This document shows positions 50,401 through 62,859 of a stretch of 64,000 nucleotides of DNA, one piece after another. The stretch lies in contig OX597822.1 in the NCBI GenBank assembly GCA_951406725.2, forward strand, positions 37,076,001 through 37,140,000, given 5' to 3'. Origin of the DNA: Octopus vulgaris. Lineage: Eukaryota. The notes below the pieces were generated by a model, which worked only from the letters and a program-made list of their open reading frames with translations, was not told the origin of the DNA and searched no databases. The translations under genes and the position numbers were made by a program. The stretch's first letter is position 1, and each line of letters opens with the position of its first letter.

Positions 50401-51427
50401 CTCTCTAATTATGTAATATCTGTAACAAAAATATGATAATCAGTCATCAGTTTGTAATGACAATGTTGCATCATATAAATGAATGAATGAAGATGAATAT
50501 TATTAATTGGTTTGTTATGATGATCATTTATTTAGATAATTATTATATTAGTCATTACAATATGGAAAATACAGCTTTTTAGTTTGTGTACACCGCTTGT
50601 TTGTTGTTGTAGTAAATAAATTGCCTTTAGTTCTATGTCCATTGTGTATGGTAACTAGCTTCGTCTGTGAGTTACTACTAAAGAGAGACAGAATAATAGT
50701 CTAGGTTAGTAGAGAGGATGATAAATCTACTATCGTACATTGATCAGCATACTGAAAAAGTTGCTCTTTGACCAAAGATGGTTGACCCAAAGAGAAATAA
50801 AGCTATTTGTCTTCACATATTTATATACTTCATAACTAAATTAGGTCAGGTAAAAACAAAGGATGTCTCCTCTCTAATCAGCTTTGTCTGATGAATGCCT
50901 TAAAAAAGGTTAGCTTATTCTCATAAAATTCTTAGAGCAACAGGCTAAAATAATAGATTGTTAAATGTGGATTCGATTTCAAATCTTGGCTTAGGTATTT
51001 GGTGACTGTTTGCTACATATCCATTACCTGAAATTCTGGCTAACTCTTTTTGTACTTGTAAATATCTCTGTCCCCTAATCAAAGCTGGTTTAAGAAGATA
51101 CTTCTTCACTGATGAAGTCTGAAACATGTAGCTGTCACATTGCCTAATAAGAAAGATTATATTCTTTCTACTGAGTATAAAAATCCAGTTTTCTGTGAAA
51201 TGAAATTCTAATTTTTAAAAGTTATCTCCTATTTTCTTTGACAGTCTCTAACAGTTGCCATTGAGATTTTGTTTTCATTCTCAAACTAAAAGGCAAATTT
51301 CAATTCGCCAAGAATTTATTGTGTGTGCCATTCAATACATCACCACCTACTTGAATTATGAAAATTCATGGTATAGACCATTCGAATTATTTCCTTTGAT
51401 CACTTTTGAAAGATATTTATCAACATA

Positions 51428-51817
51428 GGTGCAGGAGTGGCTGTGTGGTAAGTAGCTAGCTTACCAACCACATGGTCTTGGGTTCAGCCTCACTGTGTGG
51501 CACCTTGGGCAAGTGTCTTCTACTATAGCCTTGGGCCGACCAAAGCCTTGTGAGTGGATTTGGAAGACGGAAACTGGAAGAAGCCCGTCATATGTGTATG
51601 TGTGTGTAAATATTTGTGCGTCTGTGTTTGTCCCCCCAACATTGACAACCGATGCTGGTATGTTTACGTCCCCATAACTTAGCGGTTCAGTCTAAGACCC
51701 CGATAGAATAAGTACTAGGCTTACAAAGAATAAGCTCTGGGATCTATTTGCTCAACTAAAGGCGGTGCTCCAGCATGATCGCAGTCAAATGACTGAAACA
51801 AGTAAAAGAATAAAAAA
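51428..51817 (+). mobile_element. Full-length tRNA-derived SINE (gcaggagtggctgtgtggtaag family); most abundant repeat in window
   Basis: tRNA-like head, internal (TG)n, tail ...gactgaaacaagtaaaagaataaaa; copies at 464-780, 13644, 19735, 46582, 47470, 63405 and others. Confidence 0.85.
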
Positions 51818-51962
51818 ACATAATTGTAATCTTTCTTTTTTGTTTTTTGAAATGTTTCTAATAATTTTATTTCCACCTAAATGTACATCTTTTAAGAACA
51901 TTGTCATTTTATAAGATTCTGCTGGCAAATTGTTAAATTATCATAAACATTATTTACATGAA

Positions 51963-52895
51963 GAAAATTACCAAAGAACTTTCGGGGCTAATGCAGAATC
52001 GCGCCTCTCTTTGAAAAATGCATTAAAAAAAAAAAATTCCTTCAGATTCCTGTTTTAGATGTCAGAGGTTACGAATATGCAAAAAAAAAAATCCTTTTTC
52101 AACCCACCCACCCCCAATTTAAAATTTTGATTTTGTTTACTTTAAAGAGATTTTAGCGAATTGATGAACATAAGCAAACCGAAATTAAATATAGACCAAA
52201 ACATTAAAGTGAAAATTATTTGCATTTTACTTATGTTGTACCTTAAATAATCGTAAGAGAAACAAACATTAATGTTTAATAATTAATGTTATAAAGTTTA
52301 ATAAGGGCTCAAATTTCACCCTCTCCCTCAATTTTAAATTTTGAACTTTTTCATCCATTTATTTATTTGTCTGTCTATTTATGCCTATCCGTTTATCCAT
52401 GTCCACCTATCTATCTGTATATGTCTATATATATATATATATACGTCTCTTTATACACATATCTATATGCTTACTGAATTTTAAATTTTGATAACGTGAT
52501 TTTATGCACATTTAGAATCTCTGTCATCAAAAACATAGGAATCCACTGAAAAAAAAATTTGGAAAGGTCTGTTTTTTAGGGATGGGGGTGACTGTGCACC
52601 AGGTCCATCGGAGAGACGGGGTGAGATTTGAAAAATTTTAAATATGGGGGAAGGGGAAGTTAAGGTGTGAGATTTTATATTTGGAAAAGGAGGTTTTTAA
52701 AAAATATTTGAAAAATAGTTCAAATTTTTTAATTAGGGGGAGGGGGGAATTTCAAAAGGTGTATTTTTTTTTGTATATTCGTAATCCCAGACATTTAAGA
52801 AGTAGGAATCCGATTTTTTTTTTTTTTTTTTTTTATGCAGTTTTCAAGGAGGGGTATGATCCTGCATTAGCCCCGAACTTTCTTCTAATTTTTTC
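51963..52895. mobile_element. Fold-back element with ~140-bp inverted termini
   Basis: ttcggggctaatgcag...ttacgaatatgcaaaa versus ttgtatattcgtaa...ctgcattagccccgaa. Confidence 0.75.
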
Positions 52896-53086
52896 AAATC
52901 TTTCTGCTAAAACTCTATTGAAACCATTTGTGGGGGTAAAAAGAGTGGGGTGAGGAAAAAAAAAACAACAGTTTATTAGCAAGTGGTTTGATCTGAAGTC
53001 GTGTATTGAAAGTGAAAAATTGTTTGATCCCAGCACAGCAAGCTAATAAACCCTATTAGGCTACAAAACGTCTCCTCTGTTAAGGA

Positions 53087-53301
53087 ATTCGGCATTCTTT
53101 CGATATAACTCAACAAAATCAAAACACTTCACTTCGGGTATTTCTGTGGAAGCAAATGACAATTTGATTCTGTTTTCTTCTTGGAAATTTGCGGATTTTA
53201 CATTCGGCATAATTTCGTTATATCTATACTCCACAACTCACAGAGATACCTCAAGTGAAATGTGTCGACCTTGTTGAGCTATATCGAAGGAATGCCGGAA
53301 T
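53087..53301. mobile_element. MITE-like hairpin, ~62-bp inverted arms
   Basis: attcggcattctttcgatataactcaacaa... versus ...ttgttgagctatatcgaaggaatgccggaat. Confidence 0.75.
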
Positions 53302-53609
53302 AAAACAATAGCGGTTGTTACCGTATCGTCTTTTACTTTTCTACTTGTTTTATTCATTGGATGGTGGCCATGCTGGAGCACTGCCTTCAAGAGAATTTAA
53401 TCGATCATATCGACCCCCATTTTTATATCAATCTGGTTCGGTTTTATCGATTTGGGATTAAACAACAAGAACAACAAATACATATTCAATAATGTAGTTG
53501 CAGTTACATTATGTTTGGAAAAATGAAAAGTAGTATTGGTACTGTTAGAACACATTCAATCTTAAGTCTGTTGTTCATTAATTTGGTATCTTTTAACATA
53601 TGAATTCAT

Positions 53610-53675
53610 ACGCCACGCAAAGCGGCCCATTGACCAACGACCAATACATAACGTATAAATTCTTGCGCCGGTCAT
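53610..53675 (+). promoter_or_regulatory. Promoter-like patch: CpG-rich with CCAAT and TATA boxes
   Basis: cgccacgcaaagcggcccattgaccaacgaCCAATacataacgTATAAAttcttgcgccgg; no gene assigned. Confidence 0.3.
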
Positions 53676-55064
53676 CTTCTCAATAATCATTTAAGATATT
53701 ATCCAGAGAAATATCATCACAACTCTGCTACATTTACCATATATTGTCGCTAAAATTATATAGTGGGTAGCAAAAAGAAAAAAAATTAACATTATTTAAT
53801 TGTAATTCTGAATTAAGAATTTAATCTCGAGGACCTTTTTTTCGTCGTAACACGTGTGTGATTCTTCAAATCATATTTTTCTTACAAGTTATTTATTTCT
53901 AGGTCGACTGACTGAACAGACATATGATCAGATGTATCCCAGCCATGACCATCACGTATTTTAAAAAAATCTCATTGTCCAATGTGCCCTTGATTGCTAA
54001 TTCTAATCATTTTAGTGACCACATAGAGGCTTCGTCGTAATTTGTTGACGGTGGTGGTGATAATGATGTTTAGTCCCCAAGCATCCTGATAAAGCAGGTT
54101 TATATTCAAAGATCTTCCAACCGTGACCATCACACCATTTATTCAGGAGATGTATCCAAGCCTACATTATCTAGCTTATCCTCCCTTTTTAAAGAGGGTA
54201 GGCAGTGTTCCTTTTAAGGTGGGCGCGTCTCACATTTTACAACCTGGAGCGAAAAAAATGCGCGTATATGGGTTTTCAAGATGAAATTGTACTTTTTAAA
54301 ATTTTATTTAAGAAATTTGAGTGATGGTTACTCACATGGGTATGCACATACTTTGCAAAGGAACACATTTGCTTACTAGAAATTTTTTGCATACACCCAC
54401 AGAGGGAACATAGACGGAAGGGTGTTAATTGAAGTAAATTTGGCTGTTGTTTTTAAATAGTCAGAGATGTTCCATCCTTGGCCATCCCATCTTTTGTGGA
54501 TGTCTGAGATTACGACACGGGAGAGATTTGGCAACTAGGAGCGACCATGTAATAACTTCCACTGATACACATGACATCTTTTTTACCTTTCTTTTTATTC
54601 TTTACTTATTTCAGTTCACTGAATTGGCCACGCTGGAGCACCGCGTTGAAAGGTGTCGAAGAAATTGACCCCGGTACTTACATGTTAGGGAATTTTGCTT
54701 TTCCAAGTCTGGTACTTATTCTATTGGCCACTTTCACAGTACCGCTAAATTACGTGGAGGTAAACAAACTAATACCGGTTGTCAAGCCATTGTGGGAAAC
54801 TAACGCACACACATACATGTGTGTGTGACGAGCTTTCAAGGTTTCTCTCAACCAAATTCAATCACGAGGCATGGTTCAGCCCGAGGCTATTGTAGAAAAT
54901 ACTTGCCAAAGGGCTGCACAGTGAGACTGTGAAAATCTATTAGTAATTCTATTCATTCCTAAGATTCATTTTAATAATGTAAACTGTTTCCAATACTTGA
55001 CTGGTGCTTTTGTTTATTGATCGCAGAAGGATAAAAGACTAAGTTGGCTTCGAAGATTTGAACA

Positions 55065-55362
55065 CACTGATTCCGAACGTGGGGTATATGCCCCACCGAT
55101 GGAGCCTGGGAAAATGTGGTGGGGCGTGAAGCTGTAGTTGCCAAGCACAAGGTTCTTATTAAAGTGATTCACTTTTTTTCTTAATCAATAATGTACTTCT
55201 TTTCGTACTCAGTACTTAATAAAAGAGTTACTTGTAGATTCTTTTGTATTAAATAATTGTGGTAAAATATTAAAAATTAAAAATTTTCCAATTACCTGTG
55301 GGGCATAAATTTTTCTGGAAAGTTTTAGTGGGGCCTGGGGGAAAATAGGTTGGGAAACACTG
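55065..55362. mobile_element. hAT-type MITE nested in a decayed SINE
   Basis: cactgattccgaac / gttgggaaacactg termini. Confidence 0.55.
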
Positions 55363-56013
55363 ATCTAAATGCTACACAGTATTTTGTCAAAGGTTTTAAG
55401 TCTTCTGCCATTTATCAACATTGATGGAAGGAGAGTTATTCCTGTTTAGCTCCAGATCAGCCCCAGTCAAGCAGAGCTATGCTCAAAGGCATTCCAGCCA
55501 TGATTATACCGTCTTAATTTCATATAGTGTTTCTAGGACAACTTTATACAATGTCCTAAAAAATTTTTTTTTTTGTTTTTAAGGGAATATTTGACTGCTA
55601 TTAGAAGCTGGTGGAGCTTTCACAAAGAGCAGCGGCTTCCAACCTTTTCACTACCAAAGATCTTTATATATTTGAATTTTTCTTCGGATCCCAAGCTTTG
55701 GAAACTTCTCAAGATACCGATTTTACTAATAAGCTCATTTTCTCAATTTCACCTATGTTTTGAAAGAAAGATACACGAAACTGAGTAATAATACACTGCT
55801 GCCTTTTAAAATTCTGAACACAACTCAAAAGTTTCTGTGCTGTTTTTGCAGACTTCCTTAACAGTATTATAGGCCCCGGGCAAAGCAATGCACTGTGGCC
55901 TCTCCCTACACAACCAGAGTATATAGAGATTAACATTGGGCTTCTTGACACATGATGCTGCCAAATAACTGTCTAGCATACCTATTGGTGGAAAGTTGAT
56001 AGCTTTGACAGCA

Positions 56014-56715
56014 TCCAACCACCCACCCATTTTCTCCACCCTCCGTCGGGACCTATCAGATGCAACTGTCATTACACTTTCTAGTTTAACTCCCAAGCGC
56101 GACCAACTAAGACTATGGATGTTATCCAACCGTCTTGTTCTTGGTTTGTCCCTAGGTCTCCCACTGGTTGGATCTGCTTGAAGAATCTGTCTTGCAACAT
56201 TCTAATCATACGTTCTTAGCACCGGAGCTGTGGCCTCTCAAAGTAGAGAAATAGCGACACCATCTGGGGAGAATCCCTGACCGCCAAGCTTCGTACCCTG
56301 TTGAATAACGTTTCTCAGAGATTATTTAGAGAAATCCTATTTCTGCCACCTGTATTCGCGATCGTACTCTCTCAGTCATTACCCAACATTTATAACCGTA
56401 GGTGAGGTTAGATACGAAAACCAATTCGAAGATAAGTTATTATTATTATTATTATTATTATCAATCTCTCTCCTATTGATTGAATTCTGAAACTGGTGCG
56501 TTATTGTGCCAGCACCTGCATCTAATTCAATATCCTGCTTCCAATCACACTTGAACACGGTTCCGTGATACTTAAATCTCTTCGCTTAAACAATTGCTTC
56601 AGTGATTTTCTATTAATATGTAGGGCGTACTGGGAAGACTTTCTTAGGACCAATGTCTCAATCTTTGCATTACTAATTCTCATCCTTGTTTTAAAGCACT
56701 CAGCAGCAAGTTCAA
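56014..56715 (-). mobile_element. 3' part of Rex3/Expander-like RTE LINE
   Basis: LAAEC...MRISNAKIETLVL, LTYGYKCWVMTERVRSRIQVAEIGFL, LSWSRLGV; degenerate (GGAT)n-type tail. Confidence 0.82.
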
Positions 56716-56729
56716 CAGAAATACCAGTT

Positions 56730-57385
56730 TGGTGCCTGGGGTAAGACCACGAAAAACTGCAATATGAAAAGGGTTCGAAAGAATAATCATACTGCACCGT
56801 CCGTCGCGCAGTTTAGCGAGGGTTGCATTCGGACCTTAGCTACAGAGGTCAGTTCGAAAAATATATTGTAGTCTTCTCCCAATGCCAGTACAACCAACAA
56901 TAAGTTTGCAACTTGTTCTGGGAGGCGTGGAGTGGGAACACAAAGAATGCGTGTCCCAGCCCCCCCCCCCCCCCCGAAGTGAGTTCAGGAGGGAACAACT
57001 GTTAGTGATTGGGGTTTGGAATGTCACAACTCTTACGGGTAAAGAGCGGGAACTAATGGAGAAAGCCAAACGCTACTGGTTAGATATAATCAGTGTCTCC
57101 TCTACAAGGTTCAGTGGTTCAAGTACCGTAGATTTTGGTGGAGGTTGCAAACTAATCTATGCAGGTGTGGTGCCAACTATGTTTGCATAGCTAAGCACAA
57201 GCACTCGGCTGTCGGATTGTGTTATGGAGTGGATTTCAGCTTAAGCTGAAAGAAGGCCCGCTGTGGTTCTTGCAGATATATACACCAAATACAAATCCTT
57301 CCTTGACGAAGTTACTGCAGTTTTAGATGTAGTTAAGACCTAGCCATTTGTCCTACAAGGAGATTTCGATGCAGACGTTGGCTGT
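56730..57385 (+). mobile_element. 5' UTR and AP-endonuclease start of RTE/Rex3-like LINE, head-to-head with the 3' part
   Basis: IGVWNVTTLTGKERELMEKAKRYWLDIISVSST...LQGDFDADVG. Confidence 0.78.
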
Positions 57386-58099
57386 GACGGCAGTGATGAT
57401 AAAATTAGTGTTGTCCACGCAGTACCTTGTAGTTATCTCCCTTATCTGTCCTCTACTCTGTTTGCTGAAGTTAAAAACACATTGGACCTTATTTTAGGCT
57501 ATTATTAACTAAGATCCCAAGGGAACTTCATTAAATACTACTGCAAAAAAACTACATGGTCATCTTATATTGTCAGCTGAATTAAAATTAAGACTACTTT
57601 GTCTGTTCACACATCTTGAGCTCATATAAACCTTCGTTTATGTTCTGTCTGTAAGTATTTCGTTGTTTTGTTTACATTCTTGTTGATAAACATTTGCTAT
57701 TTTTCGCTATACATAGTATCCGCCTTCCAGGCATTCAAATGCTAAGTTCTCTTCTGCCTTCTTAATGTTTCATTTGTTGAAAGTTTTCCATCTTGTGAAA
57801 ACCTTAACATAACTTTAGATATTTTTAAAAAGTATTTCCATGTTTTGCACGTGGTAGTAACACTAGAAGTGTTTTGTGTGGGTGTGCCGTTTCGCTGTGG
57901 TGGTGGGCGTACACAACACATTCCGTGTTTATTTACCTGTGTAACCAAGGGTATTTAAGTGGCTTTCAGAATAGATGTCCCATATTTCAGAGGTAGAAAG
58001 AGATAACTGACGGAGGAGAAAATATATAAATAATTAAAATTTTTTGAAAAAAAAAAAAAAAAAAAAAAATTTAATCATAATTACTGTTGCCTGTAATAC

Positions 58100-59000
58100 T
58101 CGCTACTTAAAATAAAAGCAAAAAGTAACTTTCTCCTCGTGGTATGTGGGTCATTTTTCCTAAATTCCGCCGGTTTTTCGACACCAATTCTGTTCCCGTC
58201 CAATTTTCATCTTTTTTTTTTATACTTATTCTCTTATATTTAAAGGGCATACTTACACAAATTCCCCCTCCCACTTTCCGCCGGTTTTTCGACACCAATT
58301 CTGTTCCCGTCCAATTTTCATCTTTTTTTTTATACGTATTCTCTTATATTTAAAGGGCATACCTACACAAATTCCCCCTCCCACTTTATTTCCTCATAAC
58401 TTCCAGAAAAATGGGTATCTATCAATAAAACTTTTTTTTCAAATACGCTTCAGTTGGTGTACATTCCTTTTATCTCGGAATTCGTTGTGAAAAATTTTTT
58501 TCCGAGTGGTGAGGAGAGAAGTCGATTGTGTTTCCTTATTACTTTAAGAAATTGGGTATTTTTTAATGAAATTTTCTACAAATACATTTCAGAGTGAATA
58601 GATTACGAATATACCGGAATTTAATGTAAAAGAAAGAAAGAAAAAAACAAAAGAAAAGTGATGAGCACACACACATACATACTGATACACATCAATTTTT
58701 TTCGAAATTTCAAGTTTCATATGACGTGTGCGAGCCCGCCAGTTTTTTTTTTTTTTATTCCATGCTAAATTTCAATATAATCGTAGTCTACACAATCTAA
58801 AAAGTATTTGTACAAAATTTCATTTAAAAATACTCATTTATAGAAAGTTATGAAGAAATAAAGTCAACTCGTGTGAATTTTCCGAAACTCCTCTCCCTAC
58901 GTCGGAAATATTTTTTTCACGAAACGTATTTGTAAAAAATTTCATTAAAACATATCCATTTTTCTGGAAGTTATGAGGAAACAAAGTCAGTGGGTAGATA
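58100..59000. repeat. Composite non-autonomous element with a 111-bp tandem duplication and internal inverted repeats
   Basis: ttccgccggtttttcgacacc... x2 (from ~58165 and ~58276); cctcataacttccagaaaaatg (58392) inverted at ~58956-58978. Confidence 0.65.
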
Positions 59001-61289
59001 CACTTGTGAATGTATACCATTTGATATATGGACTTTCAGGAATATTATTTTTATGCAAAAATATATTCAGTTACAATCAGTTTGAGCTGTAGTACTAATG
59101 CACCAGCTGGCTCCTAGGTTCTTTGGTTTGGGTAGAACATCCTTTTTCTTTTCCACCAATTTGAAGAGGCCCTGAAAAGGAACATTGATGCTGCTCTTTC
59201 TTTCTGACTAAGTAAAAAATAAAATCAGTTTGTAGACCTCATATGGTCTTATCAGTTGTATAACTTGCTATAAATAATAGTCACCAAATCTTCCTCAACA
59301 CAAGGCCGTCTTGGATAGTATACTCCTGTCAGGGCTGGTTTAAAGTACTGGCAACTCAGGCAGTTGCCCAGGGTGCCATGTTGCCAAGGAGGACGTGACA
59401 AAGACAAGGAAATTTCTATGACTATCTGCTTGCACACACTGAAGCTCAGCTTGCCCGGGGTGCCAGCAACCCTAGTGCCAGCAACCCTAGTGCCAGCCCT
59501 GACTCCTGCATGCAGTGGATCTAGGTTAAACACTGGATAGTCAGGGCAGGTATGCTACTAAATCAAGGCTGACCTGGGGCCAAACAACAGTAATAACTAA
59601 TGGAGAATCCTTTATGTGGTCACTTGACTTTCTAGAAATAGCAGTCAAGTCTCTCTTAAATCCTAATTTACTGTCTTTAAAAATAAATAAAGGATTTTTT
59701 GGATACATGATGTTTGAAAAAAAAAATAAAAAGCAAGGTGAGATTCCTTTTTATCAATCATAGAGATCAGCTTGATCAGATCTGACCTGCAGCTAAATGA
59801 TATTGGATCCTTGAGTGACTTTAGCAGACTTCACTCTGTTGCAAGTATTTGCCCACACACCTGCTTCCCTTTTTGTAGATAATTACGTGCTGATGTTCAA
59901 CTGCATGAATCTCACCAGTCTTAGAGGGTCTGTGAGGGACATGAGTACTGTCTGTTCTATCTTGACTATCTTATAAAAATATAAAGGTGATCGGCAGAAT
60001 GAGTAGTGTCAAGCAAAATGGTTTGCACTATTTAACCCTTTAGCATTTAAACTGGCCATATCCGGCCAAAGGTATTCTGTCTGTTTATGTTCAAACTGGC
60101 CAGATCTGGTCTCTCACACCAACCCTACAATATCGTTTTAAAAATTAATAGCTACCTCATCAAAATCTCATAGCTACAAGATAATGCATGATTAGTTCAA
60201 AACAATGTGGATGAATAAGCATTAATTTTGGTAGAATAATGCAAACATTAAAGGGTTAATGATATTTCTTTGCATTCCATGTTCAAATCCCAAGAGATTG
60301 ACTTTGCTTCTCATTATTTGAGGAGTAGTAAAATTTAGGATGTTTGCCCCCATTCCCAAATTTATGGTATTGCACTGAAGTTAGATATAATTATTTATGA
60401 GTATTAAAAGAGTTGACAGAAGCGCCATGTGGGTAGATGATTCAATCATGTCCATTGTTCTAGGAAAAAGAACATTTCACCATTTTAGCAATCTCATTCA
60501 ATTAGGTGAAGCTTTTGATCTTTCAATATGTCTTTCACCAGTTTTATTTGGACCAATGAGAAACCATTATACTGGGAGTCATTTTGGTTATATGAACAAA
60601 ATGCAAACCTGTCTTACATTCTTAGCTCTTTCCTCAGCATCAGACATGCTTGCGCAAGTTTTTTCTTGTAGGTTTTTTATTTTACTTCAGTAATGCAATT
60701 TGCTCACTCTGAAAAAAAAGCACCAATGATATTTCTACTCTCTTTCAGTTGTACCAGTAGGAAGTACATTTTAACTGAACAAAACACTGAATAGCATTAT
60801 CTCTTGCCAACTGGTCACATATATTAATGATACTATTTACATAACTCATGAATTATCCAATTTACTTGTACAAACATGATAAACATATTTCTCTACAAGA
60901 CGTTTATGTACAACCAAACTTTTATTGATGTTATATTTTGCGTATTATTTCTTTAAAGTGTAAATTAATTATTTCATACTTCTGTTTGTTCATGTTGCTA
61001 TTTGCTTCTCAGATCTTTTAGATGTATTGTTTAAATTCTCAACTACAAATATAATGTAATATATATTGATTTCTCATATTGAAACATTACACAAAGTTTG
61101 GCAGAGGATGTATTTGATTAATCAATGCTAGTACTTGATAGGTGCTTTATTGTATCAAACTCGGAGGGATAAAAAGCATAGTTTACCCTAGTGGGATTTG
61201 AACCCAGACAGAGACTGTAATAATTCTACCCATCCACTCCCTTATGTATGAGTGTGTGTATGTGTGTGTGTGTGTATCATTGTAAACTG

Positions 61290-61505
61290 CTACAAAGGCA
61301 AAGGAGATACCTAAGAGCACAGCAACTATAGAGGAATCAAACCAGCTTCTGAAGGTCATGGAGAGAGTCATAGCCCAATTGATCCAAGATAGAGTAGACC
61401 TAGATGAGATTCCTTTTGGCTTTGTGCCAGGAAGAGGCAACACAAATGCAATCTTCCCAGCAAGGCAACTGTAAGAGAAATACTTGGCTAAAAATAAACT
61501 GCTAT
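61290..61505 (+). mobile_element. RTE LINE RT fragment
   Basis: LKVMERVIAQLIQDRVDLDEIPFGFVPGRGNTNAIFPARQL*EKYLAKNK. Confidence 0.75.
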
Positions 61506-61529
61506 ATTGTGCACTCCTGAAGCTCTGAG

Positions 61530-62115
61530 ACTTTTTTTTTTTCAGGAGAGACATTTATTAATTTCAAAGAAGTGCAAAACACTAATCTCCTTCAAAGTTG
61601 TATCCTTTGACTTCAATGCATTTGTAGTGCTCCAGCAATTTTGTGAAGGCCCCAGGGAAGTCCTCCAAAGTGAAGGTGTCCAGGGCCCTTGTCACAGCTG
61701 CCTTCATCTTCTCAATGTTTTCAAAATGGCTGCTCCTGAGGTTCCCTTTCAGTTTGGGAAAGAATAACCTAAAGTCACAGGGAGCATAGTCTGGACTGTA
61801 GGAAGGGTGAGGAACAGTTTCAATGCCCATATCTGTCAAATAGTTGGTTACCAGAATAGAATTGTGGATGGGAGCCAGGGTGCTGCCATTGGGCACTTTG
61901 TCTCTTGGTTTCTGGATCATAACAGTATATCTAACTTTTGTCACAGTCACCAGACGCTTAAGTACTCTTGGACTGGAGGTAATGAACTCAACTATCTCCT
62001 TGTTCTCACCAATGCATCTTTTCTTCTGTTTGTCACTGAGCGCCCTGGGAACAAACTTTGCACAAATTTTGTGCATGTTCAGATTTTCATGAATAAATCT
62101 GTGTAGAGTTGCCAC
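61530..62115 (-). mobile_element. Mariner transposase remnant (internally deleted)
   Basis: KICAKFVPRAL and PHPSYSPDYAPCDF...LK...KCIEVKGYNFE. Confidence 0.88.
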
Positions 62116-62859
62116 ACCAGACTTTATGCTTATTGTTTTTATAGACAGTCTTCATCCAGAGAACTGAATAATATCAACCGGCTCTGATGTTCTGATGCCT
62201 CACTCCCTCCCACACCTCTCATTGTCTCTTGCCTCCTCTCTGCTGTCCTTAAATCACTTGTGCCAGCAGAAAAACAGATGCTTAGCTTATACAAGTCAAT
62301 CCATGACCAGTCTGGATCATTTCATAATTTTCTGTGGCATTTTTACCCTGTTTATCACAAGATTTATTGCATGACAAATTGCATTCACATTCTGACTTCA
62401 TTCTGCAAACTTATCAGCTGTGACAAGCGGTGTTTAGTAGTGTATGTTTAAAGTGCTGTTACAGTTGTCTCCTTCAATCTGGTAAAAAAAAAATTGGTTG
62501 GTCAGATTATTAAATGTATAGTATTGCTATACTACAATTAGAGTCGTCTAGGACAGTTATGATTACCTCTTCTAAAAAAAAAAAGGCTCAAAATCTCTGG
62601 ATGCACCTTGTATTGTTGATTTGGGGAAAGTAGTAAAAAACATGGTACTTTGGTACCTTCAGGGAAATTTCTTTACACAGTATGCAGAAAAGGAGTAGTT
62701 ATGAACTCCATATGCTGCAACCTATGTAATCTATAGTCACACAAGAGGTGCAATAGAATTACAAGTAAACTATCAGAGAAAGCAAGCTTCATATATGATA
62801 GAGGCATTGGGAATGGATGTACACTGAGCACACCAAAATAGATTTTATTAAACACCTGA

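Noticed and set aside
59252-59533. ORF with AGTRV repeats
   Set aside because: Arises from a short 15-bp tandem repeat (gtgccagcaacccta) in a decayed repeat; no splice or homology support.
61582-62115. Domesticated (SETMAR-like) transposase gene
   Set aside because: First catalytic motif is frameshifted and the central domain is deleted; the ORF is a decayed mariner.
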